In this document: positions 1-9,500 of the stretch, in pieces
How the letters are laid out: every line of letters begins with the position of its first letter
How positions within the stretch are numbered: the stretch's first letter is position 1
Assembly (NCBI GenBank): GCA_964553105.1
Contig: CAZKJO010000009.1
Location: 1-49,977 of the forward strand
Direction of reading: 5' to 3'
Length of the DNA stretch: 49,977 bases
Source: an uncultured Weeksellaceae bacterium
GTDB lineage: Bacteria; Bacteroidota; Bacteroidia; Flavobacteriales; Weeksellaceae
Position numbers and translations under genes: made by a program
Notes under the pieces: generated by a model
What the model saw: the letters and a program-made list of their open reading frames with translations, nothing else
Told to the model about the DNA's origin: nothing
The model's database searches: none

Positions 1-233
1 AAAACAGGAATGCCAAGGTCATAAATTTCCTTTGGAACAGTGAAAGCATCTTCAGCAAAAACAGAAGAGGGTCCCCCAGAAAGTATGATACCAGCAGGTT
101 GGAGTGATTTAATTTCTTCGATGGAGGCTGTACACGGAATAACCTCGGCATAAACTTGTATATCACGAACTCGGCGTGCTATGAGTTGGTTGTATTGAGA
201 CCCAAAGTCAAGAACAATAATGCTATTTTTCAT
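1..233 (-). CDS. guaA: GMP synthase (glutamine-hydrolysing), N-terminal part, truncated by window edge
   Basis: Not in ORF track. Manual translation from ATG at 233 gives [31 protein letters not shown]...[11 protein letters not shown], with the GuaA LDFGSQY and ILSGGP motifs. Confidence 0.95.
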   Translation of the reverse strand, partial: MKNSIIVLDFGSQYNQLIARRVRDIQVYAEVIPCTASIEEIKSLQPAGIILSGGPSSVFAEDAFTVPKEIYDLGIPV

Positions 234-248
234 GGAAGCGAATTTAAT

Positions 249-275
249 AAAAAACCATGGCTTTTGGCCATGGTT
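249..275 (-). terminator. Intrinsic terminator after ftsY
   Basis: 9-bp stem AACCATGGC/GCCATGGTT running into a U-tract on the minus strand. Confidence 0.8.
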
Positions 276-308
276 CGATATGTTGTTTTTTTAATTATTT
301 TTATAAAA

Positions 309-1274
309 TTAATTCTTTTTAAAGAAGCTATCTACAAACTCAGCTTTGTTGAACACCTGTAGGTCATCCATTCCTTCTCCGACACCAATATATTTAACCG
401 GAATTTGGAACTGGTCTGATATTCCTATAACCACACCACCTTTTGCAGTACCATCTAGCTTGGTAATGGCTAAAGATGAAACTTCTGTTGCTTGTGTGAA
501 TTGTTTAGCTTGTTCGAATGCATTTTGTCCTGTAGAGCCATCTAGTACGAGCATAACTTCGTGTGGAGCATTAGGTATCACCTTTTGCATAACACGCTTG
601 ATTTTGGATAACTCGTTCATTAAGTTGACTTTGTTATGTAATCTACCTGCTGTATCAAGTAGAACTACGTCTGCGCCTTGTGCTTTAGCAGATTGTACTG
701 TGTCGTAGGCTACAGAAGCAGGGTCAGAGCCCATAGCTTGTTTTACGATAGGAACTCCAGTGTTATCACTCCAAATCTGTAGTTGATCAACAGCTGCAGC
801 TCTAAAAGTATCTCCAGCACCCAGAACTACTTTTTTACCTTTTGATTTAAGTTGATAAGCAAGTTTACCGATGGTGGTAGTTTTACCTACACCATTCACA
901 CCAACCACCATGATAACATAGGGATCGCCATTGGGTAGAGTAGGTATATCTAATCCTTCGAAATTGGTACTTTCGTTTTCGGAAAGTAAGCCCATAATTT
1001 CCTCTCGAAGAATTACATCTAACTCACTGCTGTTAACATACTTGTCTCTAGCAACACGCTCTTCGATTCGATTGATGATTTTTATGGTGGTATCTACCCC
1101 CACATCCGACGTAATAAGAATTTCTTCTAGTTCATCCAAAACTTCGTCGTCTACCTTGGTTTTACCCACAACGGCACGACTCATTTTATCTAAAAAGGAG
1201 CGATTAGATTTCTCTAAACCTTTATCTAAAGTTTCCTTTTTTTCTTTTCCTAAAACTCTTTTAAACCAACTCAT
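309..1274 (-). CDS. ftsY: Signal recognition particle receptor FtsY
   Basis: GVNGVGKTTT, DTFRAAA, DTAGR and TKLDGTAKGG SRP-GTPase motifs. Confidence 0.98.
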   Translation of the reverse strand: MSWFKRVLGKEKKETLDKGLEKSNRSFLDKMSRAVVGKTKVDDEVLDELEEILITSDVGVDTTIKIINRIEERVARDKYVNSSELDVILREEIMGLLSENESTNFEGLDIPTLPNGDPYVIMVVGVNGVGKTTTIGKLAYQLKSKGKKVVLGAGDTFRAAAVDQLQIWSDNTGVPIVKQAMGSDPASVAYDTVQSAKAQGADVVLLDTAGRLHNKVNLMNELSKIKRVMQKVIPNAPHEVMLVLDGSTGQNAFEQAKQFTQATEVSSLAITKLDGTAKGGVVIGISDQFQIPVKYIGVGEGMDDLQVFNKAEFVDSFFKKN

Positions 1275-1351
1275 TTTCTAATCGAATTACGTATTTCGAA
1301 TATAAGCTTGATGCAATTCGAACTATTGTTAAATATAAAAGTTAAAAATAC

Positions 1352-1381
1352 AAAAAAGTCGCTACGTATACGCAACGACTT
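1352..1381 (-). terminator. Intrinsic terminator of rpmB-rpmG-DUF4295
   Basis: Minus strand AAGTCGTTGCG-TATA-CGTAGCGACTT (two G-U pairs) followed by TTTT. Confidence 0.8.
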
Positions 1382-1407
1382 GTATAATATTTTAATTACT
1401 GAGTTTC

Positions 1408-1560
1408 TTACTTTTTGTTTAAAAAGTCGTTAACATCATCAGCATTTAATACTCTCTCTTCAAAAATGTAAGCTCCAGTTTTAGGAGATCTAACCATTCT
1501 GATAGCTTTGGTAAGTTTCTTTGAACCTGTCTGTAGTGTTGCAATTGATTTCTTAGCCAT
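1408..1560 (-). CDS. DUF4295 family 50-aa protein, probably Bacteroidota ribosomal protein bL38
   Basis: Missed by ORF track. MAKKSIATLQTGSKKLTKAIRMVRSPKTGAYIFEERVLNADDVNDFLNKK, in the conserved position directly after rpmG. Confidence 0.9.
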   Translation of the reverse strand: MAKKSIATLQTGSKKLTKAIRMVRSPKTGAYIFEERVLNADDVNDFLNKK

Positions 1561-1568
1561 GATTTAGA

Positions 1569-1751
1569 TTATTTAATTTCTTTATGAAGTGTGTATTTTT
1601 TCAAGATAGGATTGAATTTTTTGATTTCCATTCTATCTGGGGTATTCTTTTTGTTCTTAGTAGTAATGTATCGAGAAGTTCCCGGCATTCCACTTTCTTT
1701 ATGTTCAGTACATTCTAAAATTACTTGTACTCTATTTCCTTTTTTTGCCAT
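1569..1751 (-). CDS. rpmG: 50S ribosomal protein L33
   Basis: [18 protein letters not shown]...[14 protein letters not shown]...HKEIK. Confidence 0.98.
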   Translation of the reverse strand: MAKKGNRVQVILECTEHKESGMPGTSRYITTKNKKNTPDRMEIKKFNPILKKYTLHKEIK

Positions 1752-1763
1752 GATACAATACTA

Positions 1764-2000
1764 TTATTTGATTAAACCATTTTTACGTCCACGCTCCATA
1801 GCTTCCTCGATACCGATCTTGTTGATGGTTTTTAAACCATTAGCAGATACTTTTAAAGTTACCCACTTCTCTTCTGATGGTACATAGAAACGTTTTTTAA
1901 GCAGATTCACTTCGAATCTTCTTTTGCTTTTATTGTTGGCGTGAGAAACTTTGTTTCCTACTTGTGCTTTCTTACCTGTTATTTGACAAACTCGTGACAT
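1764..2000 (-). CDS. rpmB: 50S ribosomal protein L28
   Basis: MSRVCQITGK...GNKVSHANNKSKRRFEVNL. Confidence 0.98.
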   Translation of the reverse strand: MSRVCQITGKKAQVGNKVSHANNKSKRRFEVNLLKKRFYVPSEEKWVTLKVSANGLKTINKIGIEEAMERGRKNGLIK

Positions 2001-2025
2001 GATTTTTCGTTTTTAAAACGGAGTG

Positions 2026-2057
2026 CAAAGTAACAAATTATTTTTGTGTCTTGCAAA
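2026..2057 (-). promoter_or_regulatory. Bacteroidota housekeeping promoter of rpmB
   Basis: TTTG (2057-2054), 20-nt spacer, TTACTTTG (2033-2026, a variant of TAnnTTTG). Confidence 0.7.
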
Positions 2058-2245
2058 CCAGATTCGCTATATTTTACAATTCTTACTAAGTTCTTAAAAA
2101 TTAAAAACTTATAAATTCAGAACTTCCTATGGAAATTCGGCTTTACTTCTTATACTATTATTTGAGAATCAGTTATTAAGGTGGGTATGGCCTTAAAATT
2201 GGAAGTCGCAAAGATAATGAATATTTTATATTTCAAATCTATTTT

Positions 2246-5200
2246 CTAATAATTTTTCACAGTAAAATGACCTCTGTATTTTCTTCCATCTGGTAAAATT
2301 AATACATACCAATAGTCCGTTGAGTTAAGAACTCGACCTAAATATTTACCATCCCATTGAACAAAAGTATTGCTTTGCTCTTGGAAAATCATTTTACCAT
2401 ATCGATCATATATCTGAAATGTACTATAAGCTCCTTCGAAAACATCTAAATCATCAACTCTAATATAATCATTGTATCCATCACCATTTGGCGTTATAAC
2501 ATTAGGAATATTTAAGATTAAACCTCGTTTGGGATCACTTACACAACCTTCTGCAATATATCTTACCCAGAAAGTATGTGGACCAACGGGAAGATCGGTA
2601 AAGTAGTTTAGTCCTTGCCAATTAATTCCATCCATTGAATATTCAATAGGGAAACTTCCTGTAGCTATAACTGTAATGGTATTTCCTTCTACAATAATAG
2701 ATTGAATCACGGGATCTTGGTAGGAGCGAACCTCAACTTCAAATGGGGTTTTACATTCAGGGAAATCTACATCAGTAACCCAAAGTGTAAATGTTTCTTC
2801 TTCACCAATATCAGTTAAGATAAATTCTGTGGAAACGATTTCGCCTGCACTATTTATCCACTCATAGCTATAATTAGCGGAGGGATCTAATACTTCAGGA
2901 ACCACATCGGTTGTATATCCAGGACAGAAAAATGCTGTCTCTAATCGCACACGTGGTGTTGGAATAACTTCTAACTCTAAGGTAGTATAAATAGGACAGG
3001 TATTCTCTGAACTAATCACAACAATAATCTCCTGATTATTGGCCATTGTATTGATGAATTCACTAGGGTTTTCGATCGGCGCAGCAAAATCATTTACTTG
3101 TTGTAAACTCTCGTAATAAGCAAGATTGTATTGACTTGTTGGATAATAATCCTCTACGAAAGTTAAATCAAAATTAGAGTATCCATCATTGTCAACATCA
3201 CAACTAAATTGATACAATTCGTGCTCGTCGATTTCTGTTAATGGATTAAAAATCATATTAACATAGTTTGTATCAAAACAATTATCTACCAAAGCATTTT
3301 CCACTCTAACCCAAATTCTATCTGGAAAAGGTTCTGCTTCATAGATTACACTTGCGTCTAATGCACGCGTGTTTGCAATAGCATCTTCTTGGCTTAGATG
3401 GTAGGTGAAAATAAATCCTTCCGTATTACCCTCCATCACTAATCCTCCAAGAATGTTTAAATCTAAATCATAAATTCCATTAATATTGTTGTCACAAACA
3501 CCAGTACTACTTGCGATAGGTTTAGGAGCGCCCACCGTATGAAGCGTAAGAACTTCAATCGCAGTACAGCCCGTAATATCATTGACAAACTCCACATAAA
3601 TAGGGTACAATGCTGAATTAGGAGTAAAGATAGGACCTACGTCATTCACACCGTTTTCAAGATCTTCCATAGATTTATAATACTTGATCGTATATAAACC
3701 TCGTTCAAAACCAACAAGCTCTGCAGTGATTTGCGGAAGAGCATCGTTAAGATTGAACTCCTCATTTAGGTCAAATTCAAAATCACAAGTATATAAATCA
3801 GCAGGTAAGATTTCGAAAGGTTGTGAAAAATTAAAGCTGATTTGAACTTCTGAAATACCACTACAAATTTCATTCTCCTCTACTATTTCCACATAGAAAA
3901 TAATATCTCCTGTTACCGGATAAAGTTCAGGATTAGCGATAGGTGAACTTAGTTCTTGAGTTAAAGGATTAAAGTTTTCATAGTAATTAAAACTAACCTC
4001 TTGAGAACCAGTATAAATTTCGGATTCAAAAGAAGTCAAGTCTAATTCTGTAAGTCCATTTTCATTAGTGTCGCATACTTCTCCAAGAGCGATGTTTAGG
4101 TTTTGCGAAGGAATTACAGACGAAAGCTGAAAGTCTACGGGATAGATTTCTACGCATCCATAACTTTCGATTCGAACATACAAGCTAATATTTTCGGTAA
4201 AGGTGTAGGTCTGAATTTGATTTTGATCAATATTGGCATCATTCTGATTTAAATAATACTTAACAGTTCCAACTTGGTCCCCTAAAATATAGGTATCATA
4301 AATGCTTAAACTATTTTCTTCGCTATCGTCATTGAAAATATCGCAAACGTTGATTGGATTTTCCATAAGTATAGGATGCACCAGTCTAATTCTAATAGCT
4401 CTGACTGTATAACAATCCTCACTAATTTGAAAGCGAACATAAAAAGTGGTTAAAACATGATAACCATCTTCGGTAATTGTTTGCAAAGGGTCAATGATGT
4501 TTTCTATAATATGACCTTCTGCGTCAGCATTTGTTGCATATAAAGAAATATCAACTCCTTCTAAAGGATCAATAAGCATTTGATCTATATAGTCATTTAA
4601 ATTGACTGTTATATCCTGCGTTCCATCAAAACAAATGTTTTCAGTTACGTCGACAGCGTCCACGCCATAAAAATTTACCTCAACAGGAACTTCTACCACG
4701 GAGTAACATCCATTGGCATTTTGAATTCTTACGTAATAAGGATTCACATTATCAGCAATTTGAGTTTGTCTTCCAGAATTATTATTTGCATTTGCTAAGC
4801 TGGTATGTACAGTGAAAGTTTCGCCTGGGAAAATATCCATCACATTTGGTATTTCTGTTTCCCATTCAAAGGGTTCTCTATGGTTGAAATTGACATCACA
4901 ATCATTAAAAACAATGGTATCCGCAGTTCTATCTGGTGGAGCAGATAAAAATCTAATTCTTATCGGACCTAGGATTTGATTACATTGCTCAGATATTTGT
5001 AGATTTACCCATAAGCTGCTGCTAGAAGTCAGGTTAGCTTCTGTAACCTCATTAGCTTGGTTGATGGCATCATTTTCATTTAAATGAATGCTATATCCAA
5101 CGTAATTAATATTGTTTAAAAGATTATTTATGTAGTTTGTTAAGTTAACATTTGGCTCTACCCCGTCATTATTATTGTCACAGAGTTGAATAGTCATTAG

Positions 5201-6478
5201 TCCTAATTCTGCTGCGGTAAAACTTATGCTAATCGGTGTAATCGTATAACAATTAGGATTAGAAGCATTAGCAATTAAAACATAAAACACCGTATCTTCA
5301 GTTACAGTGAGTGTTGTTATCGGATTAATAAGATTAATTGCATCACTCTCGCTAGCGTAATAGGTAAATATGAAATTATTTACACTATTAAGAGAAATCG
5401 TTTCATTAAAATCTGCCAAGGTGATTGTTTCCGACCCGTTGTTATCTTCGTCACAAATATAGATGGAATCATTTTCTACTATTGGAAATTCGGCGGCGTA
5501 ATTTACATCTATTTGATCTGTTCCAAAAAGTGTATTCCCTTCACAGCTCTGATACTGTACTTCAACAGTATAGCTTGTATTTCGAGTTGGGCAAACACTT
5601 ATCTGCTCACCATTTCCAACTACTTCTCCGTTGTCATCATACCAAACAATATTAGGTGGAGTATTTCCTGTAGGGAAGAAGCTCCAAGATTCGTTGCTGG
5701 CACCCCATTCGCCTGTATTTCTTCCAGGAGGCGATATCCCTTGGGTACCATCTCCATTCATGATTCCTAATAGAGCATTTCCATTTCTACCATTATCACA
5801 GTGTTCGGGTTTATCCAAAATATGGACTTCTATTTCATTTGAAAATTCATGTAAAACAACTTGTATGGTGCTAGTCCCTGGGCAACCAAAAACGGCAGCT
5901 TCATAAAAGTTTACTACAAATTGTCTACAAGGAGCTGTTCCAATAGTAGAGTAATAAATTTCAGATGAAGTAGAGGTATCAAAAATTAAGTCATGTTGTA
6001 CAGCAAATATAGCGTTATCAATCAAGGCAGGATTGGGGTTTGTCACGGATATGCCTGATGGAGCATCTGCTCCAGCCTCTTCTAAGTCAAAAGTTAGAAT
6101 ACCATTAGTCCCAATAACAATTTCAGTAAAATTTTGATCATAAAAACAAAATGAAAAGCCTAATGGAATTGCTTCTGAGAATTTATCATCGACTATACCA
6201 TTATCTGACGGCAAAGTAGGGATGAGAGGTGTACCTTGATTAAATGGAATCTCCGGGTTAAATGCAATAGAAGCGTAATCATAAGATTCGGTGGAGGCTA
6301 TGTCTGTATAGTCCACTTGCAAGTCTACACAAACCTCTCCATTAAAAGCAAAATCACAATCCACTGTAACCGAGCTGGCCCCAGAAGTTGATGTTGCTTC
6401 TACATCAAGACATTGTTGCCCATATAAAGAGGATATGAGTAGGAAGCTGAAGTAAAAAAATATTGTCTTAAGACGCAC
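2246..6478 (-). CDS. Large T9SS type-B (CHU_C CTD) surface protein with nidogen-like N-domain and Cys-containing repeats
   Basis: Signal peptide and GTG start. DDKFSEAIPLGFSFCFY is nidogen-like. About nine CD..dG repeats. C-terminus PNVITPNGDGYND...IYDRYGK...WDGKY...DYWY...GHFTVKNY. Confidence 0.9.
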   Translation of the reverse strand: MRLKTIFFYFSFLLISSLYGQQCLDVEATSTSGASSVTVDCDFAFNGEVCVDLQVDYTDIASTESYDYASIAFNPEIPFNQGTPLIPTLPSDNGIVDDKFSEAIPLGFSFCFYDQNFTEIVIGTNGILTFDLEEAGADAPSGISVTNPNPALIDNAIFAVQHDLIFDTSTSSEIYYSTIGTAPCRQFVVNFYEAAVFGCPGTSTIQVVLHEFSNEIEVHILDKPEHCDNGRNGNALLGIMNGDGTQGISPPGRNTGEWGASNESWSFFPTGNTPPNIVWYDDNGEVVGNGEQISVCPTRNTSYTVEVQYQSCEGNTLFGTDQIDVNYAAEFPIVENDSIYICDEDNNGSETITLADFNETISLNSVNNFIFTYYASESDAINLINPITTLTVTEDTVFYVLIANASNPNCYTITPISISFTAAELGLMTIQLCDNNNDGVEPNVNLTNYINNLLNNINYVGYSIHLNENDAINQANEVTEANLTSSSSLWVNLQISEQCNQILGPIRIRFLSAPPDRTADTIVFNDCDVNFNHREPFEWETEIPNVMDIFPGETFTVHTSLANANNNSGRQTQIADNVNPYYVRIQNANGCYSVVEVPVEVNFYGVDAVDVTENICFDGTQDITVNLNDYIDQMLIDPLEGVDISLYATNADAEGHIIENIIDPLQTITEDGYHVLTTFYVRFQISEDCYTVRAIRIRLVHPILMENPINVCDIFNDDSEENSLSIYDTYILGDQVGTVKYYLNQNDANIDQNQIQTYTFTENISLYVRIESYGCVEIYPVDFQLSSVIPSQNLNIALGEVCDTNENGLTELDLTSFESEIYTGSQEVSFNYYENFNPLTQELSSPIANPELYPVTGDIIFYVEIVEENEICSGISEVQISFNFSQPFEILPADLYTCDFEFDLNEEFNLNDALPQITAELVGFERGLYTIKYYKSMEDLENGVNDVGPIFTPNSALYPIYVEFVNDITGCTAIEVLTLHTVGAPKPIASSTGVCDNNINGIYDLDLNILGGLVMEGNTEGFIFTYHLSQEDAIANTRALDASVIYEAEPFPDRIWVRVENALVDNCFDTNYVNMIFNPLTEIDEHELYQFSCDVDNDGYSNFDLTFVEDYYPTSQYNLAYYESLQQVNDFAAPIENPSEFINTMANNQEIIVVISSENTCPIYTTLELEVIPTPRVRLETAFFCPGYTTDVVPEVLDPSANYSYEWINSAGEIVSTEFILTDIGEEETFTLWVTDVDFPECKTPFEVEVRSYQDPVIQSIIVEGNTITVIATGSFPIEYSMDGINWQGLNYFTDLPVGPHTFWVRYIAEGCVSDPKRGLILNIPNVITPNGDGYNDYIRVDDLDVFEGAYSTFQIYDRYGKMIFQEQSNTFVQWDGKYLGRVLNSTDYWYVLILPDGRKYRGHFTVKNY

Positions 6479-6552
6479 TTGAGTTTTTCTTGTTTTTATG
6501 TTTGGATTTAAACTACAGTTTAATTCAAACTAAATTTTACTGAATTTCGAAT

Positions 6553-9500
6553 TTAATAATTTTTTAACGTTATATAACCTGTTTTTTCTCTTCCGTCTGG
6601 TATAATTAGCTTAAACCAATAATTTGTACTCGGCAATACTCTGCCACCATAATGTCCACACCATTTGATAATCGAATTACTTTTTTCTGAGAAAATAACT
6701 TTACCATATCTGTCATACATAATCAAGGTAGAATTATCGCTTCCAAATACATGAAGATTATCAAAAGAAATACAATCATTGTATCCATCTCCGTTTGGCG
6801 TTATTACATTAAATATTTCTATTAAGATAGTGCTTTTAGATTCGCTAACACACATTCTATTATTATAAATATATCTCACCCAAACCGTGTATAATCCAGG
6901 TTCTAAATTATGAAATGTATTACTGTTTTGGAAGTTAATCCCATCTAAAGAATATTCCAAGGCTAAATCTTCAAAACCTGTAGCAACCACTGTAATGGAT
7001 GATTCGTTTTCAACCACCAAATTAATAATATGTGGCGGATCAATTTCTTGAACCGTAAAGTTCATGATAGGAGACGAACAATTCGTTCTGTTATCAGTAA
7101 TTCTCACAGCATAAACTCCAACTTGAGTGGCGTCAAGTAGCTCATGTTGATCTGTAATTATTGTTCCATCAGGTAGTGTCCATTCAAAGGAATAATTAGC
7201 AACATCTTCACTCGTCGGAATGTCGAGACGTATATCTACTTCGCTATTTGGGCAAATATAATAAATTTCATCTGGGAATAATTCTGGTCCGTTCAACACC
7301 GTAATATTTAAGATAACATATATAGGACAATAATCATTGTTGGTGTATTCAATTTTCACATAAACTTGCTCAATTGGAAGCCCTTGGCTGTTCATGTTGG
7401 TATAGTTCGTTGGATCTTCAATTACATTATTTCCATAAGGATAAATATCTGTTTCTAAATCGTTTAAACTTTCATAATACAAAAGTCTTAGGTCTCCTAA
7501 ATTGGCGCCTGTTGCCTGAATAATTTCAGATTCACTCTGAGTTAAATCAATTCCATCTGCAATACCATCATTATAGCTTGGGTTATCGATTTCTCCTGTT
7601 TCATCAAAGGTGTCACAAACCGGCGGTAAATCAAATTCTGCGATATTTATATTTAAATCATCTCCAACATTTAATATAACCTCATTAATACCACTACAAA
7701 TATTCCCACTTTGTAGAGCACTTTCTGGACATTCTCCATTATCCGAATCTACTCGAACATAAACTTTCTCAGGTAGTGTATTGAATTCATAGAAAAAATC
7801 AATCGGGTCTACAGCATCTTCTGTAGAAATAATTGGATTTACAGCATTTTCAGCATCTTCATAAGTCCAATAATAACTAAAGAAATAGCCTTCTGTGTTG
7901 TTAGGCATCACAATATTATCTAAATCACTAAAGATAATATCTGGCTTGCCATTAATATTTGTATCACATACATCAAATTCTCCTGGAATTGGTACAGGTA
8001 GAACTAAGTTTTTTAGGGTTAAGGTATCAACTGAATAACACGTACTTTCTGGAGAATAAAAGCGCACATAAATCTCTTCATTTCCTCGAATAGAAGAATA
8101 ATTTTGGATATTAAAAATTTCATTAGTTCCATCTAGGGCATCATTATAGAAGTTGTGATAGCTAATCTGCATTTCATCAAAATCATTTCCATTTTGCGCA
8201 TTGTCAGCTGAGAACATGGATTCAACAGCTTGCGTTAAATCATAGGTAGCATATTGCCCTGGATTTGGTAAACAAGCACAAAGGAAGGCATTTTCTGTTA
8301 AAATGGGAGGGATGAAATTTAAGGTAATGGTAAGTCTAACAATTTGATAACATGAACTATCATCAAAGTTAAGCTTAGCATAAATCGTTTTCGTAGCACT
8401 TCCGTCGGTTCCAGCAAATAGTACTTGGGTTGGATCATTAATTCTGCTTGATAAAACTAGCGTTGTCTCGTTTAGATTATTATAATATTCAAAACTAGCT
8501 TCCCCTTGGTAAATGTCTTCTTCAAAAATAGTGACATCAAATAATTCTTCTCCATCTGCATTATTATCACATACGCCATGAATTTGTTGCTCCGGAAAAT
8601 CGATAGCTTCTATTTGAGCACCAAATACAAATTGGATTCTATAAACGCCCTCACATGGGTTTACAGGATTATCAAAACAAGAAGTTCCATTAAAATTTAA
8701 GTTCGATTTAATACGAACCCATAAATAATTATTACCTGTAAATGTATATTCTGTTATCTGATTTGTTTGATTATTCGCATCATTTTGAGTTTCATAATAT
8801 TCAATGGTATAAGAATTCGGATTGTCAAATAGTTGAAGATTAAAGATATTAAGATTAGGGACAAAAGTTGAATTTTCATTCTCGTAACAAACATCAACTA
8901 CTTGCGTATTTGGTTTAGTAGTAACAACTCGAAATCTTATTTTCTTGACAGTATAACAATCATCACCATCAGCAGTACAAGATTCACACAACGTAAATCT
9001 TACATAAAATGTTTTATTTCCAACATCTGCTGTAGTAATAGTTTGATTTTCACTAATTTCATTTATACCGGCTTTTGCATCAGCTTCGGTATTATGATAG
9101 GAGATATCATATACATCATTTATATCGTTAGAAGTTGTACCATCTTCAAAATATATTTGATTGAACATACCTTCGCCAAAATTACCATCATTATTAAAGT
9201 CTGCATTTGCCAAAAAACAACTTAAATCTACAGGAATACTCGTTCCTTCATTCACGCAAAAATTGAATAGAGGTGTATCCGTAGCTTTTACCCCATAAAA
9301 TCTAATTCTTGCCGTAATTTCTTTGATAGAAAAACATCCATTTTCATCTTCAATTCTTATAAAAAGTTGTGCTTCGCGAGAATTATTTCTTGGGTTGTAA
9401 GTAACATCAGATTGATCCATAGTCACCTGTGTTAAAGCATTGGTGCCAGCTATGGCATCTTCTTCCGTTTCATAAACCGTTATAGTATGATTAGGGTCGT

